IMG/VR virus record: IMGVR_UViG_3300037440_000267
Span: 1 to 26,077 of that record
Strand: one strand, 5' to 3'
From: a virus
Taxonomy: Duplodnaviria > Caudoviricetes
DNA length: 26,077 bases
Position numbers and translations under genes: made by a program. The notes beneath the pieces were generated by a model. The model was not told where the DNA came from. It did not search any database and saw nothing but the letters and a program-made list of their open reading frames with translations. Below, one piece after another: positions 18,350 to 25,770 of this stretch; the stretch's first letter is position 1, and every line of letters starts with the position of its first letter.

Positions 18350-18441
18350 CGGTCCGCAAGGCTAAGCGGGTAATGGTTAGACGCTGGGCGTTCCTCAGAG
18401 TCCTCTTCGAACACTTCGACATCAACCCAAGGAGGAAACGT

Positions 18442-18663
18442 ATGGCTACGTGGAGATTCTGGCGTGAGGCCCTGGAGCGTGCGGTGAAGACAGCCGCGCA
18501 AGGGGTGATACTCGGTCTAGGTATGGGCGAGGGGTTTAACCTCTTCAACGTGGATCCGCTGATGGCCCTCGGCTTCGCCGGTGGCGGAGCCTTGCTATCG
18601 GTACTCACTTCGGTCGCCACGGTCGGTATCGGTGCCGAAAACTCACCAAGTGCTATCGAATGA
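18442..18663 (+). CDS. r1t-family holin
   Basis: AAGGAGG RBS; FWREALERAVKTAAQ...LLSVLTSVA signature. Confidence 0.9.
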   Translation: MATWRFWREALERAVKTAAQGVILGLGMGEGFNLFNVDPLMALGFAGGGALLSVLTSVATVGIGAENSPSAIE

Positions 18664-19523
18664 GAAGGTACCTACCCGGTGCAGTCATCGCCATCCTCGT
18701 CGTGTCCACCGTGGCCATCGCGCAGTCGGTCGAACCGGTGAACGTAGAGAACTGCGTCTACGTCGCCGAGCATGACAAGGTGCTCTGCGACCTGGTCGAC
18801 GTGACCACGACCACGCAGGCGACAACGACAACCACGCAAGCGACCACCACGACTACAACCGTAGACACAACGACCACGCCTGCGCCCGGTCTGGTGATCC
18901 CCCCGACCCAGCCCTACCCGGCTCGAGGATCAGGTATCCCCTACGCGGACGGTGGCGGGTACGACATCGTCGCCTCCAACGCTGACACCGGGACCATCTG
19001 GTGGACCGCTGCGTACTGGGGGAAGAACGGGCTGACCGCCTATCCGGGTCAGGGTGGGTGGATCGACGGCGACCGTGAAGGGTACCGATGCGCCTACGGG
19101 TTCATCACAGATTCAGACGACGAGATTCAAGGCCGGTTCGCTTTCGTCCGTCCCCCCAACCAGGCGTACGGCAAAGTCAACGACACCTACATGCAAGAGG
19201 GAGTGAGGTACTTAGATGGAAGTCTCGCCAACGAAGGACAAGAGATCGGATCGGAGGACTGCACCGACGTCCTCTCAGACATCGACTACTCCGGTGCCTG
19301 TCGCGACGTGGACGAGCGGCCCCGAGTGGGTTTCTTCGACGCCTCCGGCAACGTTCTCGACATCAGGGACTATTCCGGGACGGTGGCGAACAACGTCGTG
19401 TTCAATCTCCACTCCGTATCCGAGGATCGGGTGACGGTCATCGCCTGCGAAGACGGGTTGGTGGGCATGATCGTCTACTACGACTCGATGGGCGACGGAC
19501 AGGTCGCCGCGGAGCTTCCGTGA
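18660..19523 (+). CDS. Secreted protein with Thr-rich linker
   Basis: Signal peptide (AIA cleavage), poly-Thr linker, Cys-containing globular domain. Confidence 0.75.
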   Translation: MRRYLPGAVIAILVVSTVAIAQSVEPVNVENCVYVAEHDKVLCDLVDVTTTTQATTTTTQATTTTTTVDTTTTPAPGLVIPPTQPYPARGSGIPYADGGGYDIVASNADTGTIWWTAAYWGKNGLTAYPGQGGWIDGDREGYRCAYGFITDSDDEIQGRFAFVRPPNQAYGKVNDTYMQEGVRYLDGSLANEGQEIGSEDCTDVLSDIDYSGACRDVDERPRVGFFDASGNVLDIRDYSGTVANNVVFNLHSVSEDRVTVIACEDGLVGMIVYYDSMGDGQVAAELP

Positions 19524-19741
19524 GCGAACTCATATGTCAACGCTGCGACGGACCGAACATCTGGTCCTGGTCGGTCGACTCGGACAGGTTCAACCTCTCG
19601 ATGGAAGCTCTCGGCCTAGATGCCGGTGCCGTTGTCTGTCCCGTCTGTTTCGTTGAAGGCCACGAGAAGGCGACAGGCTTGCGCACTACCTGGCGCATGG
19701 AGGTCTCTCAGTCGAGTGGTTTCCACCACGTAAGACCATAA
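19520..19741 (+). CDS. Small CxxC...CxxC protein
   Basis: GTGA-coupled; CQRC and CPVC. Confidence 0.65.
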   Translation: MSELICQRCDGPNIWSWSVDSDRFNLSMEALGLDAGAVVCPVCFVEGHEKATGLRTTWRMEVSQSSGFHHVRP

Positions 19742-19754
19742 GAAAGGAAACACC

Positions 19755-19888
19755 ATGAACGTACTCCTACTGATCGCAATAATCCTCCTGGCCCTGCAGC
19801 CTTCGGGGTGAGCGCGGGACGGGTGTCGCTCGGTTGGCTAGGGCTCGCAGTCTGGGCGCTGTCAACGGCGGTCACCGTCACGGTCTAA
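19755..19888 (+). pseudogene. Small membrane protein with 1-nt frameshift
   Basis: AGAAAGGA RBS; MNVLLLIAIILLAL then, in a shifted frame, AAFGVSAGRVSLGWLGLAVWALS...*; total length 134 nt. Confidence 0.7.
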
Positions 19889-19982
19889 AGGTTCCGGGGC
19901 GGTTGCTGCCTCCCATTTCCCCACGGGTGCTACCGCCCCGGTCTTCCCCCTGATACAATCTAACCCGCGTGCCAACCGTGCG

Positions 19983-20018
19983 GCCCCTCTTCCTCTTCGG
20001 AGGGAGGGGGGCTTTTTT
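19983..20018 (+). terminator. Intrinsic terminator ending the late operon
   Basis: 13-bp stem, cTTCGg loop, TTTTTT. Confidence 0.9.
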
Positions 20019-20294
20019 CTATGCCGACTCGGCGAGCATCCGGTCGGTGTACGTCCGGTCAGCGTAGATGTCGTAGTGGGTGGCGATCATCCGGTCCAAG
20101 GTGGCACGGGTCACCTGGTCGGCCCGGACCAACAGCAACCGGACCAGCCCCATGTTCGCCGGGAGACACTCCGGCACCTCCCCTCGAGCGAATGCGATCT
20201 GCACCCTGGGTTCCATGACTTCGGCTTCGAGGAGGGCGATGGTCATGTGGTGACGCATCCGGCGGTAGTCGCCGCGGTGGACACTGCTAGGCAT
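20019..20294 (-). CDS. Hypothetical protein downstream of the repressor
   Basis: 91-aa ORF fills the gap between repressor and terminator; weak RBS. Confidence 0.5.
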   Translation of the reverse strand: MPSSVHRGDYRRMRHHMTIALLEAEVMEPRVQIAFARGEVPECLPANMGLVRLLLVRADQVTRATLDRMIATHYDIYADRTYTDRMLAESA

Positions 20295-20313
20295 AGGAGG
20301 CTTCTTTGATCGC

Positions 20314-20667
20314 TTATGCGGCCCTGAGTCTCCTCTGCGCGGCGAAGATTTCTATGGGTCGCCCGGCCCATACAGCCGGTGTCACTTCGTGGATTATGGG
20401 CGCATTCATCCCGTCGTCCTCAATACCCTGTAGCCACGCTTGCGGTTGGTTCAAGACGGCGCTGAGGGCCGTTGCCTCACGGCCGGTTATGTCCTGCTTG
20501 CCGTGCTCGATTCGTGACACCTTGGCTTCGTCCCCGAACTCGAACCCGAGTTCGGCTGTCATCTTCTCTGCTAGTTCGGGCTGTGTCATGTTCGTCATTC
20601 GCCGCGCCAGCCTGATCCGTAGGCCCTGCTTCTTCTTGTAGATTTCGTAGTCCCGCTCCAACATTTC
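20314..20667 (-). CDS. XRE-family HTH immunity repressor (start uncertain)
   Basis: RIRLARRMTNMTQPELAEKM...KVSRIEHG...ALSAVLNQPQAWL; divergent from a Cro-like gene. Confidence 0.88.
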   Translation of the reverse strand, partial: EMLERDYEIYKKKQGLRIRLARRMTNMTQPELAEKMTAELGFEFGDEAKVSRIEHGKQDITGREATALSAVLNQPQAWLQGIEDDGMNAPIIHEVTPAVWAGRPIEIFAAQRRLRAA

Positions 20668-20704
20668 GCACGCCCTTTCCGTGAGTACTCCACTCGTTTT
20701 CCAC

Positions 20705-20734
20705 AGGATACATCCATCTTCTGACACCTGTCAA
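20705..20734 (-). promoter_or_regulatory. Repressor promoter
   Basis: Minus strand TTGACA-18-TATCCT. Confidence 0.75.
20722..20733. promoter_or_regulatory. Operator-like palindrome TGACA-CC-TGTCA (second degenerate copy at 20766-20777)
   Basis: The two copies overlap the -35 boxes of the divergent promoters. Confidence 0.65.
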
Positions 20735-20764
20735 TACTTGGGGTAAGGAAACTACGTTGGGTAC

Positions 20765-20793
20765 TTGACACCTGACGGACAGTGAGCGATACT
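20765..20793 (+). promoter_or_regulatory. Early lytic promoter, near-leaderless
   Basis: TTGACA-17-GATACT, 8 nt before ATG 20802. Confidence 0.75.
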
Positions 20794-20801
20794 GTCATTC
20801 T

Positions 20802-21005
20802 ATGAAAGTTTCCCTCAACCGACAACAGGTCGACCACGCTCTTACCAACCGGGGAACCGACCTCGCAACCTACATCGAAGCAGGCAAACGCCAGGGCAAG
20901 AGCATCGAAGAGATCGCCAAAGACCTACAGGACATAACGCGAGTGCCGTTCACCGTTCGCACCCTCTACCGGTGGGTCGACAAGCTCGAGAGGGCTAGCG
21001 CATGA
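20802..21005 (+). CDS. Cro-like HTH protein
   Basis: GKSIEEIAKDL...FTVRTLYRW; first early gene. Confidence 0.75.
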   Translation: MKVSLNRQQVDHALTNRGTDLATYIEAGKRQGKSIEEIAKDLQDITRVPFTVRTLYRWVDKLERASA

Positions 21006-21745
21006 GCGCCGCCGTCTATCGCTTCTATGACGAATCCGGATTGTTGCTGTACGTCGGGGTGACCCAGTTGTTGCCCAAAAGGCTCCAGGAGCACAGCTAC
21101 TCCGAATGGCATCGGGACATCGCTCACATCGCTGTTGAGTGGTTCGACGATAAGAGTGACGGTCTCGTTGCTGAGCAAATGGCGATCATTGAGGAGAAGC
21201 CGAAGCACAACGTTCTGGTGTGCGATGTGCCTCCGAACGAACGCGACACCGTCATTGGGCGGCTAACCGCGGATCCCTTTCTCACGTACACAGCGGTGGC
21301 GGAGGAGTACGGGGTCAGTCGGGAACGAATCAGACAGATCGTCCCGCAAGGTCTGGAGAAATCTCGTACGGCGGAGCGGTCCCGAACCCGCTTGGAATTG
21401 AGGCTGGCGGCACGTGCCCAGCGGGCGTTGGCCGAAGACCTGCGGTGCGATACCTGTGGCTCATGGATTCTGAGACGTTCGACGAGCACCTGCTCTAGAG
21501 AGTGCCGGGAGGCCCTCGACATTCTTCGCACTTTTGATGACCCCGACGAGCACCGCCGGAGCATGGCGCAAACCTACCTGAACAACCCCGACCGCTATTC
21601 CGACGTCAACGTCGAATGGGCGAAGCGGATGCTGGGTCCGAATCCACCCGAGAAGAACCGCACTTTTCTGGTACCCGGTTCGAAGCGCGCTGAGTTGATA
21701 AAGAAGTACCGGCCCGAAGCCTACGCCAAGTTGCTGTCCGCATGA
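21002..21745 (+). CDS. GIY-YIG-like nuclease fused to HTH and Zn finger
   Basis: VYRFYD...LYVGVT...RLQEH...E...P.HN; AEEYGVSRERIRQI; CDTC...CSREC. Confidence 0.78.
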   Translation: MSAAVYRFYDESGLLLYVGVTQLLPKRLQEHSYSEWHRDIAHIAVEWFDDKSDGLVAEQMAIIEEKPKHNVLVCDVPPNERDTVIGRLTADPFLTYTAVAEEYGVSRERIRQIVPQGLEKSRTAERSRTRLELRLAARAQRALAEDLRCDTCGSWILRRSTSTCSRECREALDILRTFDDPDEHRRSMAQTYLNNPDRYSDVNVEWAKRMLGPNPPEKNRTFLVPGSKRAELIKKYRPEAYAKLLSA

Positions 21746-21843
21746 TCGCCCGCCTGCTCGCCCGGTTCCGCCGTCCCACGGTCACCCGTATCGGAAGGCG
21801 GATCAACGCCTACCGGATCAGCCAGTTGAAGGAGAAGGAATGA
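21742..21843 (+). CDS. 33-aa basic micro-protein
   Basis: ATGA overlaps at both ends; MIARLLARFRR...KEKE*. Confidence 0.55.
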   Translation: MIARLLARFRRPTVTRIGRRINAYRISQLKEKE

Positions 21844-22139
21844 TCGAGTACTACAGCCGGGACGGAAGTCCGATGTCGCGCGACGAGTGGGCCGCGGCCA
21901 TGGCATCCGATTTCGACGACACCCGACGAGTGGCGAAGGACACAGTGGGCGATGTCGAGGTCTCGACTGTTTGGCTTGGCCTAAATCATCAGTATGGAGA
22001 CGGCCCGCCCCTCATCTTTGAGACGATGGTCTTTGGTGGGGAGTTGGACGGCGAACAGTGGCGCGACGCCACGGAAGCCGAAGCCTACGAAACCCATAAG
22101 CACGCTGTTGGCCTTGTCAGGGAATCGGTCGGCAAGTGA
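21840..22139 (+). CDS. Phage hypothetical protein
   Basis: Strong RBS; VSTVWLGLNH...PPLIFETMVFGG. Confidence 0.75.
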   Translation: MIEYYSRDGSPMSRDEWAAAMASDFDDTRRVAKDTVGDVEVSTVWLGLNHQYGDGPPLIFETMVFGGELDGEQWRDATEAEAYETHKHAVGLVRESVGK

Positions 22140-22348
22140 CCTTCGTTGACCACCTCCGCGCCGAAGGCTACCCAGAGTTCATCGACGGGGAACTGGTGTA
22201 TGCCACAGAAGGCGCTGAGAGGCTCCGGTACGCATCTCAGAAGGACGGAACGCCCCTCTTTGATATAAGGCACCGCAAACACGGCCCTACGTGGGTGAGA
22301 TTCGATCCGAGAGTGCACCCTTACGCGGGTGTTGGGAGGGTGTCGTGA
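22136..22348 (+). CDS. Hypothetical protein
   Basis: GTGA-coupled at both ends. Confidence 0.6.
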   Translation: MTFVDHLRAEGYPEFIDGELVYATEGAERLRYASQKDGTPLFDIRHRKHGPTWVRFDPRVHPYAGVGRVS

Positions 22349-22566
22349 GCGAGGTCATCCTCACGGTCAAGGTCGATTCGACTCAGGCCATCGCCGAGAT
22401 CGAGCGGATACGGGAGTTGTTCGAGTCGCTGCCAACGTTTGAGGTCGACAAACTCGAAGAGCTGACGTGGCATTGGCCGTGGTGGTCCCTCGTGTTCGCT
22501 GGCTTCGTCGGAGGACTTACGGTGCTTCTCGCCTTCTGGCTTGTCGCCTCGGTGGTCGGCTCGTGA
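22345..22566 (+). CDS. Small membrane protein (C-terminal TM)
   Basis: GGGAGG RBS, GTGA-coupled. Confidence 0.6.
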   Translation: MSEVILTVKVDSTQAIAEIERIRELFESLPTFEVDKLEELTWHWPWWSLVFAGFVGGLTVLLAFWLVASVVGS

Positions 22567-22802
22567 CCTTCGACCCCTTCTCATTCTTCCTCGGCGTCCT
22601 CGCCGTAATCGTCATCACAGCCATCAACTACGGGATCGTTCACACGGTCCAAAGGAGAGCCCAATGGAACGCAGTTTTGTTCAACTCGCCGAACCCTTCG
22701 AACGAATACTGGCTGAGGAGCCTGAGCGAGGAGCCGCCGCGTACCGAAATCAAGGAATCGTCAGTGTCCAAAGTCATCTCGGGCAGGCACTTGCAGAGTT
22801 GA
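22563..22802 (+). CDS. Small membrane protein (N-terminal TM)
   Basis: GTGA-coupled; FFLGVLAVIVITAI. Confidence 0.55.
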   Translation: MTFDPFSFFLGVLAVIVITAINYGIVHTVQRRAQWNAVLFNSPNPSNEYWLRSLSEEPPRTEIKESSVSKVISGRHLQS

Positions 22803-22921
22803 CCAAAGCCGAAGCCTGGGCGCGGTCCTGTGCCGCACTCCCCGTCCACGTGTTGCCTTTGGTGGCTGACCTGGCGGGCAAGGCCCGGATGGTGGTACGC
22901 GAGATCGAGGGGATGAGATGA
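22664..22921 (+). CDS. Hypothetical helical protein (start uncertain)
   Basis: AAGGAG then ATG 22664; ends with an ATGA overlap. Confidence 0.5.
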   Translation: MERSFVQLAEPFERILAEEPERGAAAYRNQGIVSVQSHLGQALAELTKAEAWARSCAALPVHVLPLVADLAGKARMVVREIEGMR

Positions 22922-23304
22922 GCGACCCGATCATGGATTCAAGAGTGAGGGCTTTTCGCCGACGGTCCAAGTTGGCGCGGAAGGTAAGGGTTCTATTCCG
23001 GCGACTTGGCAGACGGTGGGATCGCTTGCGCGCACCGTGGCCCATCAACAGCGAGTGCCACTCCGCGCACGTCGTCGGCCACGACTGCGAACAGTGTCGA
23101 CCTTCACATGCTCACTCTTGGAAGCCTTGGATGAAAGCACCGGGGTGGGTTACGGCAGGCCCAGGCGTACCGGTTCGGTGCTCTTGGTGTGGAGCTAGGA
23201 AGTGTGACGTTTCGGACTGTGACCAGAGACGCCACGACCACATCCACACCCTCGTCGAAGGCGTCGCATTCCCCGTCATCTACGGAACAAGTGACAACCG
23301 ATGA
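22918..23304 (+). CDS. Cys/His-rich hypothetical protein
   Basis: CEQC, CSWC and further C/H residues; coupled at both ends. Confidence 0.6.
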   Translation: MSDPIMDSRVRAFRRRSKLARKVRVLFRRLGRRWDRLRAPWPINSECHSAHVVGHDCEQCRPSHAHSWKPWMKAPGWVTAGPGVPVRCSWCGARKCDVSDCDQRRHDHIHTLVEGVAFPVIYGTSDNR

Positions 23305-23396
23305 CCCTCCTCTCCTACGTCCTCTCCACCGTAGGCGCAGCCACCGTCTTCTTCCTGGTCGTCGGGTTCGTCGGGGACCGGGTGAAGCGGCGATGA
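23301..23396 (+). CDS. 31-aa single-TM micro-protein
   Basis: ATGA overlaps at both ends; MTLLSYVLSTVGAATVFFLVVGFVGDRVKRR*. Confidence 0.55.
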   Translation: MTLLSYVLSTVGAATVFFLVVGFVGDRVKRR

Positions 23397-23617
23397 GCAA
23401 CTTCGACTTCTCCGACATTCAGGAAGTGAACCGCATCGTCCTCCAACCCAACGAAATGGTCATGTTCCGCATTGCGGGGATGACACAAGAACGCGTCGAA
23501 CAGCACAAGAAGTGGTTCAAGGGCACGCCGCTAGAGGGCCGCATGTTCTTCGTTGACCCATCCGTTGAGGTCAAGGTCATCACCGCAGAAACCAACACAA
23601 ACCCTGGGAGGGGATGA
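23393..23617 (+). CDS. Hypothetical protein
   Basis: ATGA-coupled; MSNFDFSDIQEV... Confidence 0.6.
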   Translation: MSNFDFSDIQEVNRIVLQPNEMVMFRIAGMTQERVEQHKKWFKGTPLEGRMFFVDPSVEVKVITAETNTNPGRG

Positions 23618-23618
23618 G

Positions 23619-24077
23619 ATGAGCGACTCCAAGACCGAAGCTCGGTTCTGGGCGAAGGTAAACGTCACCCCGGATTGCTGGGAATGGACGGCGGCCCTTA
23701 ACGTCAAGGAGGATGGGTACGGCTCCTTCGGGGGGAATGGCCAGATCGTTTTGGCCCACCGGTTCTCGTATGTACTGCTCGTCGGTCCGATCCCCGAAGG
23801 ACTCACACTCGATCATCTCTGCCGCAACCGTCGTTGCGTCAACCCTGACCACCTCGAGCCGGTGACACTGCGGGAGAACATCCTTCGCGGTGAAGGCCTT
23901 ACCGCCAAAAATGCCCGCAAGACGCATTGCCCATCAGGTCACCCGTATTCAGGGGAGAACCTCTACGTGTCCCCGAAAGGCGATCGTCGCTGCCGTTCAT
24001 GTCGTCGGGAACGTATTGAATACAGGAAGGACCTGGAATCGCCGCAGAGGGCAACGGACAAGGCGGTACGGTCGTGA
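23619..24077 (+). CDS. HNH endonuclease, intact
   Basis: RFWAKV...CWEW...GYG...AHR...DHLCRNRRCVNPDHLE and KTHCPSGH...RRCRSC. Confidence 0.93.
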   Translation: MSDSKTEARFWAKVNVTPDCWEWTAALNVKEDGYGSFGGNGQIVLAHRFSYVLLVGPIPEGLTLDHLCRNRRCVNPDHLEPVTLRENILRGEGLTAKNARKTHCPSGHPYSGENLYVSPKGDRRCRSCRRERIEYRKDLESPQRATDKAVRS

Positions 24078-24724
24078 CCCTCTTCAACCGTCTACTACTC
24101 ACAGCCGCCCTACTCGCGATCGCCCTGCCCGTGCTCGCCGGCCACGACGACGGAGGAACCGACCAACCCTGGACGAACGACATGAACCAGGAGTCCTACT
24201 GGGACAACTACTTCGGGGGGGTGTGCACGAAGTTCGCAGATCACAGCGGGTTCATCCCGGCCACCTACCAGGCAGCGGTAGTCAAAGACGGAAACATGGT
24301 GAGAATCTATGAGAAACCTGGCCCTTATACGGCGTCCGGTGCGGTCAACCCTGCCAACGGGTCCCACTTCGCTGCCCCGCATTCGTGGGTGATGAAATGC
24401 GTGATCGAGACAACGACGACGACCTCGACGACGCTTGGTACTACTACGACTTCGACAACCTTGAGGACGACGACGACTACGGAGCCGGAGACATCGACTT
24501 TAGACCCGTCCACCACGTCGACGGTGCCAAGTACCGATACGACTGTGTCGAGCACAAGTTCTTCACCACCGACGTCTCAACCGCCTGGGTCCACTTCCAC
24601 AACGTCCACTATCTCAGCGACGACTGAACTGCCCTTCACCGGATTTGGGTTGTGGGGCTGGTTGTACGCAGCGCTCGTCGCCCTCGCATCCGGTGGGCTG
24701 CTGGTCAGGGTTGCCCGTGACTGA
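24074..24724 (+). CDS. Secreted Thr/Ser-rich protein with LPxTG sorting signal
   Basis: Signal peptide; LPFTG, then a hydrophobic stretch and an RVARD tail. Confidence 0.82.
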   Translation: MTLFNRLLLTAALLAIALPVLAGHDDGGTDQPWTNDMNQESYWDNYFGGVCTKFADHSGFIPATYQAAVVKDGNMVRIYEKPGPYTASGAVNPANGSHFAAPHSWVMKCVIETTTTTSTTLGTTTTSTTLRTTTTTEPETSTLDPSTTSTVPSTDTTVSSTSSSPPTSQPPGSTSTTSTISATTELPFTGFGLWGWLYAALVALASGGLLVRVARD

Positions 24725-25019
24725 GCTTCCCTACGCCAAAGAAGCCGTCGAACTGTGGCACGAGAACGGGCTGTCCGTCGAGTTCTTGGAGGGGATGTCG
24801 TACAACCACCGGGTGCAATTGGTGGAGGCTGCTCGCAGGTGGGTTTCTTTCGACACGGCGGAAACCCGCGAAGCCATGAAACGTCCTGAAGGGTCTGTCC
24901 TTATGGCTGCGCTAAGCCACCTCGAGGACGCCGAGGCCGTGCTCCGTTCGGTGAGCCGAGCTGCCGGCGTGGTCGAGAACACCGCCAACTCTCAGGGCAA
25001 GGATTCTTCCGATGTCTGA
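24717..25019 (+). CDS. Hypothetical protein
   Basis: GTG overlapping the upstream gene end; MTELPYAKEAV... Confidence 0.55.
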   Translation: MTELPYAKEAVELWHENGLSVEFLEGMSYNHRVQLVEAARRWVSFDTAETREAMKRPEGSVLMAALSHLEDAEAVLRSVSRAAGVVENTANSQGKDSSDV

Positions 25020-25101
25020 GAACTGGCGCTACACGGCCATCCTCGTCGGTCTCCTGGCCTTCTGGCTGGTTGGTGCCTGGGCAGACGGAGGGTGGGCATG
25101 A
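25012..25101 (+). CDS. 29-aa single-TM micro-protein
   Basis: AAGGA RBS; MSENWRYTAILVGLLAFWLVGAWADGGWA*. Confidence 0.55.
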   Translation: MSENWRYTAILVGLLAFWLVGAWADGGWA

Positions 25102-25298
25102 TTCCTCAGCGTATGCGGTTTGCATGGCACGCCCTGTTCGGCGGCGATATTGGTCCGATCGGGTGGTGCGGGTCGGACGGCTACTGGTGGACTCGCCCCT
25201 GCCCTCACTACCAAAGCGACTCTCACGGATGCGGCTGGTTCGACGGCGTGAGTGTCTACGAGCCACCACCACCTCCCACGTATAGCGGGATCGCGTGA
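25098..25298 (+). CDS. Hypothetical Trp/Cys-rich protein
   Basis: GGAGG RBS within the repeat, ATGA-coupled. Confidence 0.6.
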   Translation: MIPQRMRFAWHALFGGDIGPIGWCGSDGYWWTRPCPHYQSDSHGCGWFDGVSVYEPPPPPTYSGIA

Positions 25299-25323
25299 TG
25301 GGGCGGGCAGACGGAGGATGGGC

Positions 25324-25770
25324 ATGAGCCAACTCTTTGCTGTTGAGCAGTCCGAACGCACCAGCGACGACTACCTAACGCCGCGGTGGGTGTTCGAGAC
25401 GCTTGACATCGCTTTCGACCTAGACGTGGCTGCTCCACCGTGGGGCACGCACGTCCCCGCAACGCGCAAGTTCACCCAGGCCGACGACGGGCTGACTCAG
25501 CCGTGGGAAGGTCGTGTCTGGATGAACCCGCCCTATTCGCATGGCGGTAAGTGGGTGGCTCGATTTATGGAGCACCGCAACGGCGTGGCCCTGCTTCCGT
25601 TCTCCCGGTCCCAATGGCAGCTCGACTTATGGGATGCCGCCGACGGGATTGCACAGACGCCAACCCTTTTTGTGTTCGCTGGCGGTGAGCACATCTTCAT
25701 GCCGGTGTTTTTCGCTGCCTTTGGTGACGAGTGTGTTGAGGCTATTGGCCGGTTGGGGAGGGTGCGATGA
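25324..25770 (+). CDS. Phage DNA N6-adenine methyltransferase (Dam-like)
   Basis: DDYLTP, FDLDVAA, DGL..PW.G.VWMNPPY. Confidence 0.9.
   Translation: MSQLFAVEQSERTSDDYLTPRWVFETLDIAFDLDVAAPPWGTHVPATRKFTQADDGLTQPWEGRVWMNPPYSHGGKWVARFMEHRNGVALLPFSRSQWQLDLWDAADGIAQTPTLFVFAGGEHIFMPVFFAAFGDECVEAIGRLGRVR

Noticed and set aside
18800-18880. ACN-rich tandem repeats (also 24410-24620)
   Set aside because: Explained by Thr-rich linker coding.
19894-19941. 6C RNA or tRNA
   Set aside because: Only one C-rich-loop hairpin and no cloverleaf; kept only as a generic structured element.
24620-24735. TELPF / TELPY similarity between adjacent genes
   Set aside because: Only about 12 of 15 nt match and one copy is not at a junction; likely chance.
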